The notes under the pieces are model-generated. The model was not told the DNA's origin. It made no database searches and saw only the letters and a list, made by a program, of their open reading frames with translations. The position numbers were made by a program, and so were the translations under genes. This document shows positions 12,731-26,439 of a stretch of DNA of 64,000 nt, in pieces (the stretch's first letter is position 1; each line of letters starts with the position of its first letter). The DNA is from Octopus sinensis (lineage: Eukaryota). The stretch lies in contig NC_043007.1 in the NCBI RefSeq assembly GCF_006345805.1, forward strand, positions 31,558,001 through 31,622,000, written 5' to 3'.

Positions 12731-13029
12731 CGATTAAACCATAGAATACTCCAAATCACGTACTGTATTGTAAACCGTTTCTGCCATTTCGATTGTCATT
12801 CGCCGGTTAGTTGGAACTAGGAGGAAAGGCTATTTTTCTCGTGTCCAACATGGCAAGGGTTTAGACGAGAAATATTTTCATGAATTAAATTATGAATAAA
12901 CGGCGAATATTTTAAACCTTTGCCTGTCGAAAGCCTTTTCATAAGTTTGTCCTAAACGTCCTCGTTTGTTTTCCGGCTTTTAGTTAACCCTCGGATCATA
13001 CGTTCTGAGTTATATATAGTTTAAATTGT

Positions 13030-13240
13030 GGCACAAGGCCAGCAATTTGGGGGGGTGGGGTAAGTCGGTTACATTGACTCCAGTGCTCAACTGGTACTTA
13101 TTTTGTCGACCCTCCACCCCGAAACGATGAAAGGCAAAAGTGACCTCGGCAGAATTTGAACTCTGAACATAAAGACGGATGAAATGTCGCTAAGCATTTC
13201 GCCCGGCTTGCTAACGATTCTGCCAACTCGCCGCCTTTTA
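13030..13240 (-). mobile_element. SINE family B, full length
   Basis: Ends ...gattctgccaactcgccgcc (head on minus strand). Confidence 0.85.
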
Positions 13241-13726
13241 GGTTCTGAGTAATATAAAGCCTTCCTTTCATAAGTCCCAAGTTATTCAGAAGATTGAAGA
13301 AAACTGGGGATGTGTATCATGTATGATGCATGACCGCCAGGAAAATATGTCCTGCTTATCGCATGTGATACACAGGACAGATAAAAGAGTTAATGCAAAT
13401 TATAATAGACAGTATGAATATCAGAACCAACGCCAATATGATCCCCAACACCACATAAATGCTTCAGCACCGACACCAGCAGATATGTTTGAAATAAAAG
13501 TCACGCTAAATTATAAAGTAATTTCACTAATTCTACTATATTTCAATACAGAAGCAACCAACTCTGGCCTATTGAATAGCAATCATTTAACAGCGAGGTT
13601 TCTTTCTGCTCAGTGATTTGTGTCTGATTTTATCCTTTGACATCTACCTGGTGTACAATAAAATATACACTAATTAGGTATTACCTAATTGCTGTTTCTA
13701 TCTATTATTTATTGTATCTTCATATA

Positions 13727-13915
13727 ATGGCGCCAAGCTAGTCGAACCGTTAGCACGTCGGACAAAATGCTTCCGGTTTTACGTTTTGAGTTTCAATACC
13801 GCCGTAGTCGACTTTATCTTTCCTCCATTCCGGATCGGTAAAATAAGTACCAGTAATGTACTAGGGTCGACGTAATCGATTAGTTCCTCCCCATAAATTT
13901 TCAGACTTTATATCC
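13727..13915 (+). mobile_element. SINE family B, diverged
   Basis: ggcgccaagctagtcgaaccgttagcacgtcgg... Confidence 0.75.
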
Positions 13916-13924
13916 ATTCTCTTT

Positions 13925-14310
13925 ACGTTTTTACTCATTTACTTGTTTCAGTCAGTTGACTGCGGCCATGCTGGAGCACCGCCTCTAGTCGAGCAAATCG
14001 ACCCCAGGACTTATTCTTTGTAAGCTTAGTACTGATTCTATCGGTTTCTTTTGCCGAACCGCTAAGTTATGGGGGCGTAAACACACCAGCATCGGTTGTC
14101 AAGCGATGGTGGGGGGACAAACACAGACACACAAACATACATATACGACGGGCTTCTTTCAGTTTCCGTCTACCAAATCCACTCATAAAACTTTGGTTGG
14201 CCTGAGGCTATAGTAGAATACACTTGCCCAAGGTGCCACGCAGTGGGACTGAACCCAGAACCATGTGATCGGTAAGCAAGCTAATTACCACACAGCCACT
14301 CTTGCGCCTA
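13925..14310 (-). mobile_element. SINE family A, full length
   Basis: Reverse-complement match to the family A head and tail. Confidence 0.9.
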
Positions 14311-16689
14311 TAGTAAAAAGAATTATATTTTCATATGTAAAGTTGCACTTTTGTCAACAGGCGAGTTAGTGTTTTCGCGGCCCACTTTGTTTTGTATTAC
14401 CAGCAGTTTTTATACGCTGGCACATAAAGTCGAGCATAAAGTCAGCATGTTGCCCGACATGATGAGATATGGGTGACCAAAATATGGAGGAAGTAGAGAT
14501 GGCAGCCTAACACCGCTATATTCTAACGACGGAGAAAGCAACATCTCGCCAACATACGGCAAATTGCTGGTTTGTTATTTTAGTGATATGGTAGATTTTG
14601 TTTTCGAACCGGTTAACCGTCTATTTTAGACCTATTTCAAAATTCTGCACTATTTATAAACCCGGTATGCTGTCAGTCTTCTAATAATGATGTTCGAGTT
14701 TACCTCTAATGTTTCAGTACCCACAGTGCACCGCTGCCTACTCACTCGTTCGTCAGTCAACCAGTTTATAAATATCACGTACAATATAGTCTATGGAAAA
14801 TTTAAGGTTGGTCTTATATCAATGGTAGCATTTATTGCACAAAACAAACACACATAGAATATTTGAATCAAAGAATCTCTTTCACGTGTTGTTTGGAAGA
14901 ACGTCAGAGCTTCGTGGATTTTAAGAGCAAAATCAAATCATTACTAAAATCGTGGAGTTGAGTCCATCAGTTGTATTTATTTTGATAATCTTTACATAAC
15001 CACAATTACAAACCCGATTGAGTAAAGTCTAAAACAAATTTCTGTCTGCTGCGATAAGAGAAACGTTGTCTAGGAAACGGTTCGACTTAAACTGTTGAAA
15101 TGTCACCGTGTTATTTTAGCTGGCATCGTATTTATCTTTCACTTGAAAATCTCATTGTTTCAGTCAGATGAATAGGTTTATGTATACAAGACAAACAATC
15201 ATAACGGCCAGAAATGTACCAACTGATTGCTTTTGTTTATTATGACGAATGTACTGGACTTTACATAGCGAGACAGAAATACAGTGGAGAAATTATAGTT
15301 AGATAAGTTGACATTCGAGTGGTCTGTCTGAACTTTCATCGCCTATTTTATCAGAAAATCTAAATAAAATTATTTGCCATTTTTGTGACCTATAGATTAA
15401 ATTCTAGGGAAACAGTTTAGAGAGGATTCTTGACAATCCCTTCACCAATCATTCTTCTTCGTTTTTGTTGACATGTCTGTGACTTCTAGATTAAATCCCC
15501 AAAACCTCACCCACAGAAAAACGGTTACAGAAACGCTTTTTAACAATCCCTGCACTGACCATTCTTCTTGGCTTTTAGTTGGCCTTGCTTTGTGACAGGT
15601 TGACACCGCTGCTCTATCAATCAAATAGGGCAATGGCCCTAATTCCGCAATCCCCCGCCTACTGGATGTAGTAACGATTGCCGAGCCAACATTAGCTGAA
15701 GTACACCTAATTTGTCGGACGATGGTGGATCTTTAGTAACATTCACGGCAACGAAAACCATTTCAGATCTGAGAAGCGAAACACTAATCATTAATGCATT
15801 CATAGCGTGTATGTCTCTCGGCGTCGTAGACTGCGTTACCGAAAAATATTTGATGGAATTATTCAAAGTTTAGTCTGTTGAAAGATAATGAAAAATATTC
15901 TTTCTTGCTTGCTCTAAATATTTTCTCAAAAGAATTTTCCTTTTGAAAACCGCCAATTATTGTCAATGCAACACCGAGAAAACTATCCAAACATTTTATT
16001 GATTTTAGTTTCTTGGATGACCTGCTTTCGGTGTTCATAGATCTACTCGTTAAACAAACGGTTTGCTTTCATTTCTTGAGGCATAGTAATTTTACAGAGT
16101 AGTTTGAGTAAAACATAATGTTCTAAAGTTAGTTTTTAGCACTTCAGTACTTGACATTTAAACGATTGCCGTTGTTCTGTATATATTTTGAAATATAAGA
16201 TATTTTTTATTGTTCTTACCAGGAGAGGCCTTCAACAAATACCTTCATTTTTGTAGACAGTGTCAACAGATAAATTTCTATCAACCTACTTACTGTGTTG
16301 TCTGTCTCTGTGGGTTCGAACATGATATTTTTGTGTTTGCTTCCTTGTGTGTCCCTATCTAAAATTTTAACATATTTTAAACAAGATGCATGTTTAGCGA
16401 TCCATTCTGGAGAAGAAAGATTATTTGCTGTTTGATGAGATTGGTAGAGTTCTTGCCAACGTGGTCAATTGTCGAATGGGCAAATAAATCGATATACTTC
16501 ATTGGTCATTCGTGTGTCAGATCGATCAACCGAGTATCAATTTTATTTGATCCTGCTTTGTGAATCACTGTGTAACTTAGAGACTGGTTATGCATACTAC
16601 TTTCAAAGTTGGAATATTTTTGTCACAAGAAAATTGATGCCCTGGCTTATAATTAATACAGTATATAAAAAGTTAGTACTGTCTCGAGG

Positions 16690-16920
16690 CCGAGGATTCA
16701 TAAGGCCGGTTACCTGGTTTCCATGGCATTTAAGTCACCGAGATCACAACATCCCCCCCTCAACGGGAGGCCAGGATTACTCATCAACAGCTGACTAAAC
16801 TGGAGCAACGAGAAATGAAGAGTTTTTCTTAAGAACACGACTCACTGTCCGATCGGGAATCGAAGCCTCGATCACCAGATCGTGGATGCGACATCCTAAC
16901 TACTTAGCCACGCGCCTCTA
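16690..16920 (-). mobile_element. SINE family C, diverged
   Basis: ...gggaatcgaagcc...ctaactacttagccacgcgcctc. Confidence 0.75.
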
Positions 16921-17389
16921 CAGTACAATATATATCCGGAAATCTAAATTATCCACAGTCTTTGTGTAATATCTATTTTATTTAATAATAACCCTTTGAA
17001 ATTCTTTCGGATTTCTATTTGTTTTTTGCCGTGAGCAATGACATTTGCCTGGTTTGCACTGAAGATCAACGTGCCATAGATTTTCTGGTTGAATTCAAAA
17101 ATAATTGTGTCTACAATGTCGTTTGTATATGCATGGTTAAGTAGATTCTGTTATATACGCATGACTACTTTCTGATAAAGTGCTCAAAAAGATTAATAGG
17201 TGCATTCCAGAATTTTTGAGACTTTTTAGGAGAGGCAGTTTATGACTGTCCTATATTGCTGTCATTTCGGTATATCATTACAAAACATGTAATAACCCGA
17301 CCTGAAAACTTTTGTTATTCCAGACTGAGGGAGACGGCTGTAACAGTATTTTGAATACGCCCTACTAAACACCGTTTCTTATTTCTTTA

Positions 17390-17525
17390 TGGCCCACAAG
17401 GGGTTAAACATAGAGGGGACAAACAAGGACAGACAAACGGATTAAGTCGATTATGTGGACCGCAGTGCGTAACTGGTACTTAATTTACCGACCCCGAAAG
17501 GATGAAAGGCAAAGTCGACCTCGGT
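17390..17525 (-). mobile_element. SINE family B tail fragment
   Basis: cccacaaggggttaaacatagaggggacaaac...gtcgacctcgg. Confidence 0.8.
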
Positions 17526-17631
17526 GGAAACTCATGGAAATAATGCTTTTGAAACTATCCATGTTATTTCAGGGAAGCGTGGGAGAAGACAAATCATGGT
17601 GGTTTACAGCTAAGTTTCTATCTGTATCAGT

Positions 17632-17960
17632 GAAGGCGCGTGGCTTAGTGGTTACGGTGTTCGGTTTGTGATCGTAAGGTTGTGAGTTCGATACGTGGGG
17701 GTGGGGAGCGTGATGTCTTTCAGCAAGATGCTTTATTTCACGTTGCTCCATTCCACTCACCTGGCAAAACTGAATTCTACCTGTAATTGAAAGGCCAGCC
17801 TTGTCACATTCCGTGCCACATTGAATCTCTCTGAGAACTACGTTGTGAGTACACGTGTCTATGCGTCGTGTGTTCAACCACTTGTTAGTTAATATCACGG
17901 GAAGGCTGTTCCGTTGAACGGCTCAACTAGAACACACGTTATCGTAACCAAAGGGACGTG
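17632..17960 (+). mobile_element. SINE family C, long tail
   Basis: ggcgcgtggcttagtggttac (A box)...gagttcgatac (B box)...; homologous to 2301-2597. Confidence 0.85.
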
Positions 17961-18119
17961 TCGGTTTATATCTGTGCCCGTCTCAGCGACCGAGCGGAGG
18001 CTGTACTATTATCTTTAGCTGTTTTAGATATGTTTGTGACATTTTCTGGACCAAAGAAGGAAAGTTCTCCAGCATTTTAGAAAGAGTTACTTAAACAGGC
18101 ACAAGTTTATTTCATTTTC

Positions 18120-18319
18120 ACTTACTCTCTTTACTTGTTTCAGTCATTTGACTGCGGCCATGCTGGAGCAAATTGACCCCAGGACTTATTCTTTGTAAGC
18201 CTAGTACTTATTCTATTGGTCTCTTTTGCCGAACCGCAAGGTAACAAGGACGTCAGCACACCAGCATCGGTTGTCAAGCGATGCTGGGGGTACAAACACA
18301 GACACACAAACACGCACAA

Positions 18320-18386
<67 letters not shown>

Positions 18387-18548
18387 CGATGGGCTTCTTT
18401 CAGTTTCCGTCTACCAAATCCACTCACAAGGCTTTGGTCGGCCCGAGGCTATAGTAGAAGACACTTGCCCAAGGTGCCACGCAGTGGGACTGAACCCAGA
18501 ACCATGTGGTTGGAAAGCAAGCTACTTATCACACAGCCACTCCTACGC
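18120..18548 (-). mobile_element. SINE family A, full length
   Basis: Reverse-complement match; internal (CA)n(TA)n. Confidence 0.9.
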
Positions 18549-19354
18549 CACTTGGAAACTTTATCCCAGTATATTTTCTCGCTGGTTGGCTTTTAATGAA
18601 CTTTCACAATATTTTAACTGTTCTAAATCTTTTTCTTTTCTTTTTTTTTTCGTCGTCTTTCGTTCTCTACAGTTTTTTTCTTTAATTAAAAATTTCTTAA
18701 TAGAAAAGAGTCTCGCACTATAAGTTTTTAAAATAAGCAATAAGATACATTGGTTTATTATGTGTGTACTCTTGCAGATAAAGTACAATACAGAATATTG
18801 CAAATATGTGTGTACATGCCACATCCATGCATGTGTGTGTATACACATACACACGCCCTTTCACACACTCTAAAAATCTATCCAAAAGGATTTTACCATT
18901 CTGTTTCTTTAAGTTTGTGCCTGTGTGTATGTATGTGTATGTATGTATGTATGTATGTATGTATGTATGTGTGTGTGTATTAATAAAATCTTTCTGCAAA
19001 TATAGTAAATATATTAAAACTTTTATGCAAAACCTTATACACACACACACACGCTATATTCCTATATTTCAAGGCCCGTCAATGATTATAATGCACACCA
19101 GAAAGTGAGAGAGAGCATGGGCGGGTGTAATTAGAAACAAATGCATTATTTCAGAGCAGACAAACAGTGGTTCTTTCCTATTTAATCTGACCTACATTGG
19201 CTGAAACTGGGAAGAAAATTGTTGGTTTTGTTTTGTTTTTTTTCTAAATAAATTTTCCTTCTCTTTTTCTTTAATCTGGGTTACTATTAATCAGTGTAAG
19301 CTACTCTGTGTGTGTGTATAGGTGTTTGTATATATATATTACTCTCTCTCTTTC

Positions 19355-19561
19355 ATTGGTTTCAGTCATTTGACTACGGCCATGCTGGAGCACCGCCTTT
19401 AGTCGAGCAAATCGACCCCAGGACTTATTCTTTGTAAGCCTAGTACTTATTCTATCAGTCTCTTTCGCTGAACCGCTAAATTACGGAGACGTAAACACAC
19501 CAGCATCGGTTGTCAAGCGATGTTGGGGGGACAAACACAGACACACAAACACACACACACA

Positions 19562-19627
<66 letters not shown>

Positions 19628-19802
19628 ATATAATATTATACGACGGCTCTTTTCAGTTTCCGTCTACCAGATCCACTCACCAGGCTTTGGTCGGCCGAGG
19701 CTATAGCAGAAGACACTTGCCCAAGGTGCCACGCAGTGGGACTGAACCCGGAACCATGTGGTTGGTAAGCAAGCTACTTACCACAAAGCCACTCCTACGC
19801 CT
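19355..19802 (-). mobile_element. SINE family A, full length
   Basis: Reverse-complement match; internal (CA)n(TA)n. Confidence 0.9.
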
Positions 19803-19884
19803 ATATATATAAATATATTCACAACATACATATTTATGTATATTTATACATTGTGTATATATTGTGTTTATATATATATATTAC

Positions 19885-20105
19885 TCTTTTACACATTTCA
19901 GTCATTTGACTGCGGCCATGCTGGAGCACCGCCTTTGGTCGAACAAATCGACCCCAGGACTTATTCTTTGTAAGCCTGGTACTTATTCTATAAGTCTCTT
20001 TTGCCAAGGTACTATGTTTCCAGAACATAAACACACTAACATCGGTTGTCAAGCGATGGTGGTGGTGGTGGTGGGTAAACACTGACACACAGACACACTG
20101 ACACG
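19885..20105 (-). mobile_element. SINE family A tail half
   Basis: cagtcatttgactgcggccatgctggagcaccgcc...ggttgtcaagcgatgg. Confidence 0.8.
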
Positions 20106-20143
20106 CCAACATAAGTATATGTATATATACCACATATATATAT

Positions 20144-20176
<33 letters not shown>

Positions 20177-20275
20177 TATAATATATATATAATATATATA
20201 TATATACACTTATACATACAAACATTCATACATATGTATATACATACATATATATATACATATGTATATATGTGT

Positions 20276-20336
<61 letters not shown>

Positions 20337-20932
20337 TACGCATACACTTACATCTTACATACACACAACACACTCCTACGCTCGTACGCATGCGCACATA
20401 CACACGGAGATAGACATTTGTTTGGTATTATTCGTCATTATTATTTATCTTTCTGTTTTATCTGGTCTGCAAAGATAACGGTTCTTTTTCACAATACTGC
20501 TTTGTACAAAAATACCCTGTTTGTGTAGACGTAAATATACACACATAGAAGGCAGATGACTCTCTGAAAGAGTCGGTTGTACATGTGTACACAAACACTT
20601 CAAGAACGTTCCACCTTTTGTTTTCTCGTAGGCATTTTTACCCCACAATTTCTCTCCTCTGTCATCCTCACCTCTCTGCACCAACTCCCCCACATACTCT
20701 AAGGTAGACATTGTAATCGGCCTAGATTCGTTGTTGTGTTCGGTTATTCTTTTACTAGTTTCAGTCATTACACTGCGGCTTCGGTTGAGGCCATACTGGA
20801 GCAGCGCCATTTGCGTCTTTTGGTCGATCGTATCGACCTCTGTACTTCTTTTATCGAACCTCTGTGTCATGGGATATAAACGGCAACACCTGTCTCGTTT
20901 TTGATCGGTTTAAACATAATCAGACACAACAC

Positions 20933-20987
<55 letters not shown>

Positions 20988-21194
20988 GCACACTCATATG
21001 CATACATTTACTTACATATAAAGAAACATATATATACATATACACTTACATACAAACATACATATTTACATACATGCATATATACATACTTACAAATATA
21101 CTACGTACGTACATACACATACATTCACATACCTACATACATACATACATTCATGCGCAAGTTTAAGCATACATTTACACACAGATAGTTTTTT

Positions 21195-21535
21195 TCTTTT
21201 ACTTGTTTCAGTCATCAGACCACGGTCATGCTGGGGCACCACCTTGAAGTGTTTTAATCAAATGAACCAACCCCATGACTTATTTTTAAGCCTAGTACTT
21301 ATGCTATCGGTTCTCTTTTGCCGAACTGCTAAGTTATCGGGACGTAAACACACCATCATTAGTTGTGAAGCGGAGGTGGAGGACAAACACAAACGTAAAC
21401 GCACATACATACACACACACACATGCGACGGGCTTCTTTTAGTTTCCGTTTACCAAATCCAGTCCCAAGGCTTTGGTTGCCCGAGGCTATCTATAGTAGA
21501 AGTCACTTGCCCAATGATCCACGCAGTAGGACTGA
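21195..21535 (-). mobile_element. SINE family A, diverged
   Basis: Tail and head segments homologous to family A. Confidence 0.8.
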
Positions 21536-21744
21536 TACACGCATACATACATTTCTACATATGTACATACACACACATACAAAGACATACATACATATTT
21601 AAGTTCACAATATTCCAACTATATATCATGGAAAAATTAACAAAATATACGAAGATTCTACACTTTTAAACCTTGAGGGGAATATTAATTCATTTCAAAA
21701 TATGAACTGAAAATTCATTGAAAAACTCCATTATTTCAAAAAGA

Positions 21745-21871
<127 letters not shown>

Positions 21872-22064
21872 TAGAACAAACCCACGTCAACAAAAACTTC
21901 ACTTCCAATAGTTGTGTAAGAAGAGGATTGTCTCAAGAAGAGCATAAATCGTTTTGTTTAAGATTTGGAATGAAAAGGAAAGATTTCAATAATGACCGAA
22001 TATTATCAAGAGGGATTCTGTACCATTATTGACAATGAAACTTATATAATCTTTTCTACTCTAG

Positions 22065-22263
22065 GCACAAGGCTCGAAATTCTTAGGAAGAGGACCAGTC
22101 GATTAGCTCAACCCCAGTACGCAACTGGTACTTAATTTATCGACACCGAAACGATGAAAGGCAAAGTCGACCTCGGCGGAATTTAAACTCAGAACATAAA
22201 AACAGACGAAATACGGCTAAGCATTTCGCCCGGCGCGCTAACGATTCTGCCAGCTCGCCGCCT
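22065..22263 (-). mobile_element. SINE family B, full length
   Basis: Reverse-complement match to family B; inverted partner of 22528-22745. Confidence 0.9.
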
Positions 22264-22527
22264 TAGAGTCCATCAGTATTAACGCATCAGTATTAACGTA
22301 TGAGCTTCTAGAAATAAATTCAATGTCCAGTCAGCCGCGTCTAATCGCTTCATTCCGTCCAATAATGCATCTAAGATATCAATCATGGAATTGTTATAAA
22401 AACAAGACTACGCCTTTTATTCCTCTTCTAATTCGCTATTTACTAAAATAAATAAGAATCAGTCGTCTGGTGGAATTGGCAGTTTGTCAATCTGTGAAAT
22501 TACTATTATTATTATTATTATTTTAAA

Positions 22528-22745
22528 GGCGGCGAGCTGGCAGAATCGTTAGCACGTCGGGCAAAATGTTAAGCGGTATATATCGCCTGTCTTTACGTTC
22601 TGAGTTCAAATTCCGCCGAGGTCCACTTTACCTTCCATCCTTTTCGGGATCGATAAATTAAGTACCAGTTGAGAACTGGGGTCCATGTAATCGACTAGTC
22701 CGCTTCCCTCAAATTTCAGGTCTTCTGCCTATAGTAGAAAGGATT
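22528..22745 (+). mobile_element. SINE family B, full length
   Basis: ggcggcgagctggcagaatcgttagc (A box)...gagttcaaattcc (B box). Confidence 0.9.
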
Positions 22746-22789
22746 ATATATATATATGTATAGCTTTATACATAAAGCTATATATATAT

Positions 22790-23002
22790 ACTACTTCCGG
22801 TCTTTCAAAATGTGACCTCGTGTGTACCGTTGGCGATTTTTTTCCTCTGTCTTCCCTTCTCGGGATCTTTCCTTCTCCTATGTTTCCGACGAAGAGCTCC
22901 GCTCGAAACGTTAAACCCTCCTTCTTCCCTTCTTTCCTGAGCGTCCAATAATACTTTATTTGCTCCACGTCCTTGCGTTGTTTTTTTTTTGTGTTTGGAT
23001 TA

Positions 23003-23008
<6 letters not shown>
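22790..23008 (+). mobile_element. Penelope-like element remnant (second subfamily) between (TA)n tracts
   Basis: gtttccgacgaagagctccgctcgaaacgttaaac...cctgagcgtccaataatac; (TA)n on both flanks. Confidence 0.6.
22882..22916 (+). ncRNA. Minimal type-I hammerhead-ribozyme-like motif (U4C variant)
   Basis: GTTT-[CCGACGA]-A-GAGC-TCC-GCTC-[GAAA]-CG-TT-AAAC: stem I GTTT/AAAC, stem II GAGC/GCTC, palindromic stem III ACGT, GUU triplet. Activity is unknown. Confidence 0.45.
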
Positions 23009-23045
<37 letters not shown>

Positions 23046-23426
23046 CTTTATGAATAAACGATAATACTAGAATTCATTCGACAGTAATAGTATTATTACT
23101 ATTAGATTACCGAAGACTGGGTTTGGGGATTCGCTTAAAAGATATTTTTGAAATTAACATTTATTAATTCCCTTTGGGGGTTCTATTTCTGTGTGCTTTT
23201 GGTTTTGTAGGGTTAAAAGAGATCATTATTTCCACCAAGAATTACAAAAGTGACATTTGCAAGTGAGACACGTCAAATTCTCTCAGCCAACTTAGTATAA
23301 TTAATATGTTGTATCGGTGATATCTAATCGATAAACTAATAAGGCTAATCCCCATTTGCGGATATCGCTGGTTATAAAACCGAGAGCACTGATATTTCAT
23401 ACGTGACCCAATTTACAACATTCACG

Positions 23427-23464
<38 letters not shown>

Positions 23465-23485
23465 GCTAAAATGTCGCTATTCAAA

Positions 23486-23513
23486 CTAGCAGAAACACCG
23501 CCTTCCGGGCGGT
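23486..23513 (-). mobile_element. Possible Helitron 3' terminus
   Basis: Minus strand: accgcc-cggaa-ggcggt hairpin, 7 nt, CTAG, then T, which is the canonical Helitron 3' end. No 5' end identified. Confidence 0.35.
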
Positions 23514-23869
23514 TTTCTATTGGTCGTTGCTTAGTATTTATTCATTTTATTCCCAATTTTTGTGATTTTTTCTGATATGTTACGTCTAACTTCCGTTTGT
23601 ATCATTCATTCATCTAATAACATTCCATAAATAAATTTAGAATAATACCAAGCACTCAAAGACAATGTTAAAATTTAGGAAGAAGTTTGGTTTCTGTTGG
23701 TTGACTTAACTGTGTCTCTTTGCTAAGACCTCCGTTGGTCATATATTTACATATCACAGAACAGGAATACAAATGTAACAAGTACTGAAAAAAATTCATA
23801 CTGAAAGATTTATTGTAGGTTTGGACATGTCATTGTTTAACTTATTACTTCTGCTTTATACAGTTCTGT

Positions 23870-23918
<49 letters not shown>

Positions 23919-25061
23919 GTATATATATCAGTTATAAGGATCCTTAAGAATCAAGGAACATCAACCTTTAAGACGCCAGAAAATGGCTAGGCGCAAACAA
24001 ATAGAGCTCACGGTGAAATAAAACAATGTTGTAGACGTCATTCGTGCGTGCGTGCATGTGTGTGTGCGTGTGTGTTTAAGTTAACAGTCTTTGTGTGTTT
24101 TTGAATGGCTAGAATGTGTCTTCCACAACTGCAATCGGTTCATTTTGAATCCACTCCCAGATCAAATCGCCTGCCAGGCAAGTACACGTCCGAATCGAGA
24201 ACAGACGTTGTTGTTTGTTTTACCATAAATTATTTATCTCATTCTTATTTGTAAAACAACACCGACTAACTGAGTGATTATTCATAATCAGTAATGTCAT
24301 CAAGGAATCAGTACATCTATTGATTTCACTAATATGAAACGAGTTACCAACAATAACATTTGAATAACATATGCCTCAACTTTTCGCTCACTTTATTTTA
24401 TCTCACTTTTTCAAATAACTCTGTATTGATAAAGAGCTTTACTCGAAACATTGTTGCCGATATCATTTCAACACCGCTTAACCCCTTAACTACCAAATTT
24501 TTTATTCATATTTTTTGGCCTTGCCAAGTGTTTTAGGAGTTAAAATAATATATAGTATTTAAATTTTCTTCATACGTTAATTATTTTGTAAATTATGATA
24601 ACTTTTTCGAAAATTCCCACATGGGTATCGCTGAAAAAAGCATATTTTCCCTTTTCTATTCAATTGCAATAATAAACATTTTAGTTTTTTGGAAACTATA
24701 GTATAAAATGCGAATGTGTATGAAATATCACTGAATGATATAGATGGGAAAAGCATAAAAGATAATAAAAAAAAAACGTCTTCAAAACAGTCAATATTTT
24801 TGTAATTCAAAAATTGCGATTTATGACATAAAATGTCCTCTAGAATTAGCCAGAGCTAATAACGACAACCTTTAATTAGTAAATATTGTTAAACACACCT
24901 CTGCAAATGCAATGTGCATAAGCAATTCACTTTGAATACAACGAAGAACCAGCAGTGAGAGTGTTTTTAGCAGATCCCTAAATGGGGTTTGTGGCATGCA
25001 ATGGGTTAATATATAGACTTCGTTTGTTTTGTGGCTAATTCCCTCATCCCACTCCCATAAT

Positions 25062-25370
25062 ATAGGCGCAGGCGTGGCTGTGAGGTTAAAAAGCTCCCTT
25101 TGCAAACATGTGGTTTTGAGTTCAGTCCCGCTGCGTGGCACCTTAGGCAAGTGTCTTCTATTGTAGCCGCGGGTCGACCAATGTCTTGTGAGTAAATTTG
25201 GTGGACGGAAATTATGCGGAAGCCTGCATTATATGTGTGTGTCTTTCCTTCTGTGTTTGTTCCCAATTCCTACAGCTTGACAACTGGTGTTGGTTTGTTT
25301 ACGTTCCCGTATCTTAGCGATAGAATAAGTGCCAGATTGAAAACATAAATGCTGAAAACAAGTAAAAGAT
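25062..25370 (+). mobile_element. SINE family A, diverged
   Basis: ggcgcaggcgtggctgtgagg...gagttcagtcccgctgcgtggcaccttaggcaagtg. Confidence 0.8.
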
Positions 25371-25504
25371 AATGGAAGATATTTTCGAAATTAATTGGAA
25401 GTCAAAGAGTTTCATTAGAGAATGTATTAATGAACGGTTTTGAAGGAACCAGTCGAGTGAGTGGCCGTCACTAAATATTAAAACCGGATTGCACCACGCA
25501 CCTT

Positions 25505-26070
25505 GGCTACATTACCTCTCTTTCTCTCCACTTCCTTTTCCTCTCTTTCTCTCCCCTTCCTCCTCTCTTTCTCTCTCCTTCCTCCTCTCTTTCTTTCCCC
25601 TTCCTCCTCTCTCTCCTCTTCTTTTTCCTCCTTCTCCTATCTCTCTTTCCCCCCTCTCTCCTCTTCACCACTTTCTTCTTCCTCTCTTTCCACTTCCCCT
25701 CTCTCCTCCTTCCCCTATCTCTTCCTCTTTTTCTCTCCTCTTTCCCTCCTCCTCCTTTCTCTCCTCTTCTTTCGCTCCACCTCCTCTTTCCTTCCTCCTC
25801 CTCTTTCTTCTTATTTCCCTCCACCTCCTCTTTCCTTTCTCCTCCTCCACTTTCACTCCTCTTTCTCTCCACCTCTTTCCCTCTTCCTCCTCCCCCTCCT
25901 CTTTCGCTCCACCTTCTTTCCTTCTCCTCCTCTTTCTCTCTTCCTCTTTTCCTCTACCTCCGCTTTCACTCCTCCTCTTTCTCTCCACCTCTTTCCTTCT
26001 TCCTCCTCCTCCTCTTTCCCCTCTTATCTTCTTTCTTCTCCGCCCCCGTCACTCTCTCTCTCTCTCTCTC
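25505..26070. repeat. ~560-bp polypyrimidine/polypurine low-complexity tract
   Basis: Almost only C/T on the plus strand. Confidence 0.95.
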
Positions 26071-26439
26071 TGCATAAACTAAACTATCCTTTCATTATTC
26101 CGATGGACAATTCACTTTCACAATTTTAATCAGCCTCATCTAATGTTTATGCTTTGTTAGTAATTTTTTTATGCCCCCCAGCTAAGTCGGAAAAGAAGAG
26201 ATTGTTTGCAGTTCATGACCTTTATCATTATTATTATTATCATTATTATTATCATCATCGTCATTGTTATTATTATTATTATTAACTATGATAAGTTCAC
26301 CAGTTGTACGAAGTGATAGAAAAAAGTAGATTAACATCGTAATAGTTTTCCTACTTGCTCCAACACCCATATTCAAACGTTGTTGTTGTTGTTGTTGTTG
26401 GCATTCTTTTGTCTTGGGAGACAATGGAGTTGTGCATAA

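Noticed and set aside
12852-12927. Imperfect ~75-nt hairpin (ggcaagggttta/taaacctttgcc)
   Set aside because: Large asymmetric bulges in AT-rich sequence; a poor pre-miRNA candidate.
13323-13616. 97-aa ORF in non-repetitive sequence
   Set aside because: No recognisable domain or convincing splice context; an ORF of this length is plausible by chance in this much sequence.
14528-14541. 14-mer gacggagaaagcaa shared with the segment near 60583
   Set aside because: Several such matches are expected by chance in 64 kb, and the flanks do not align.
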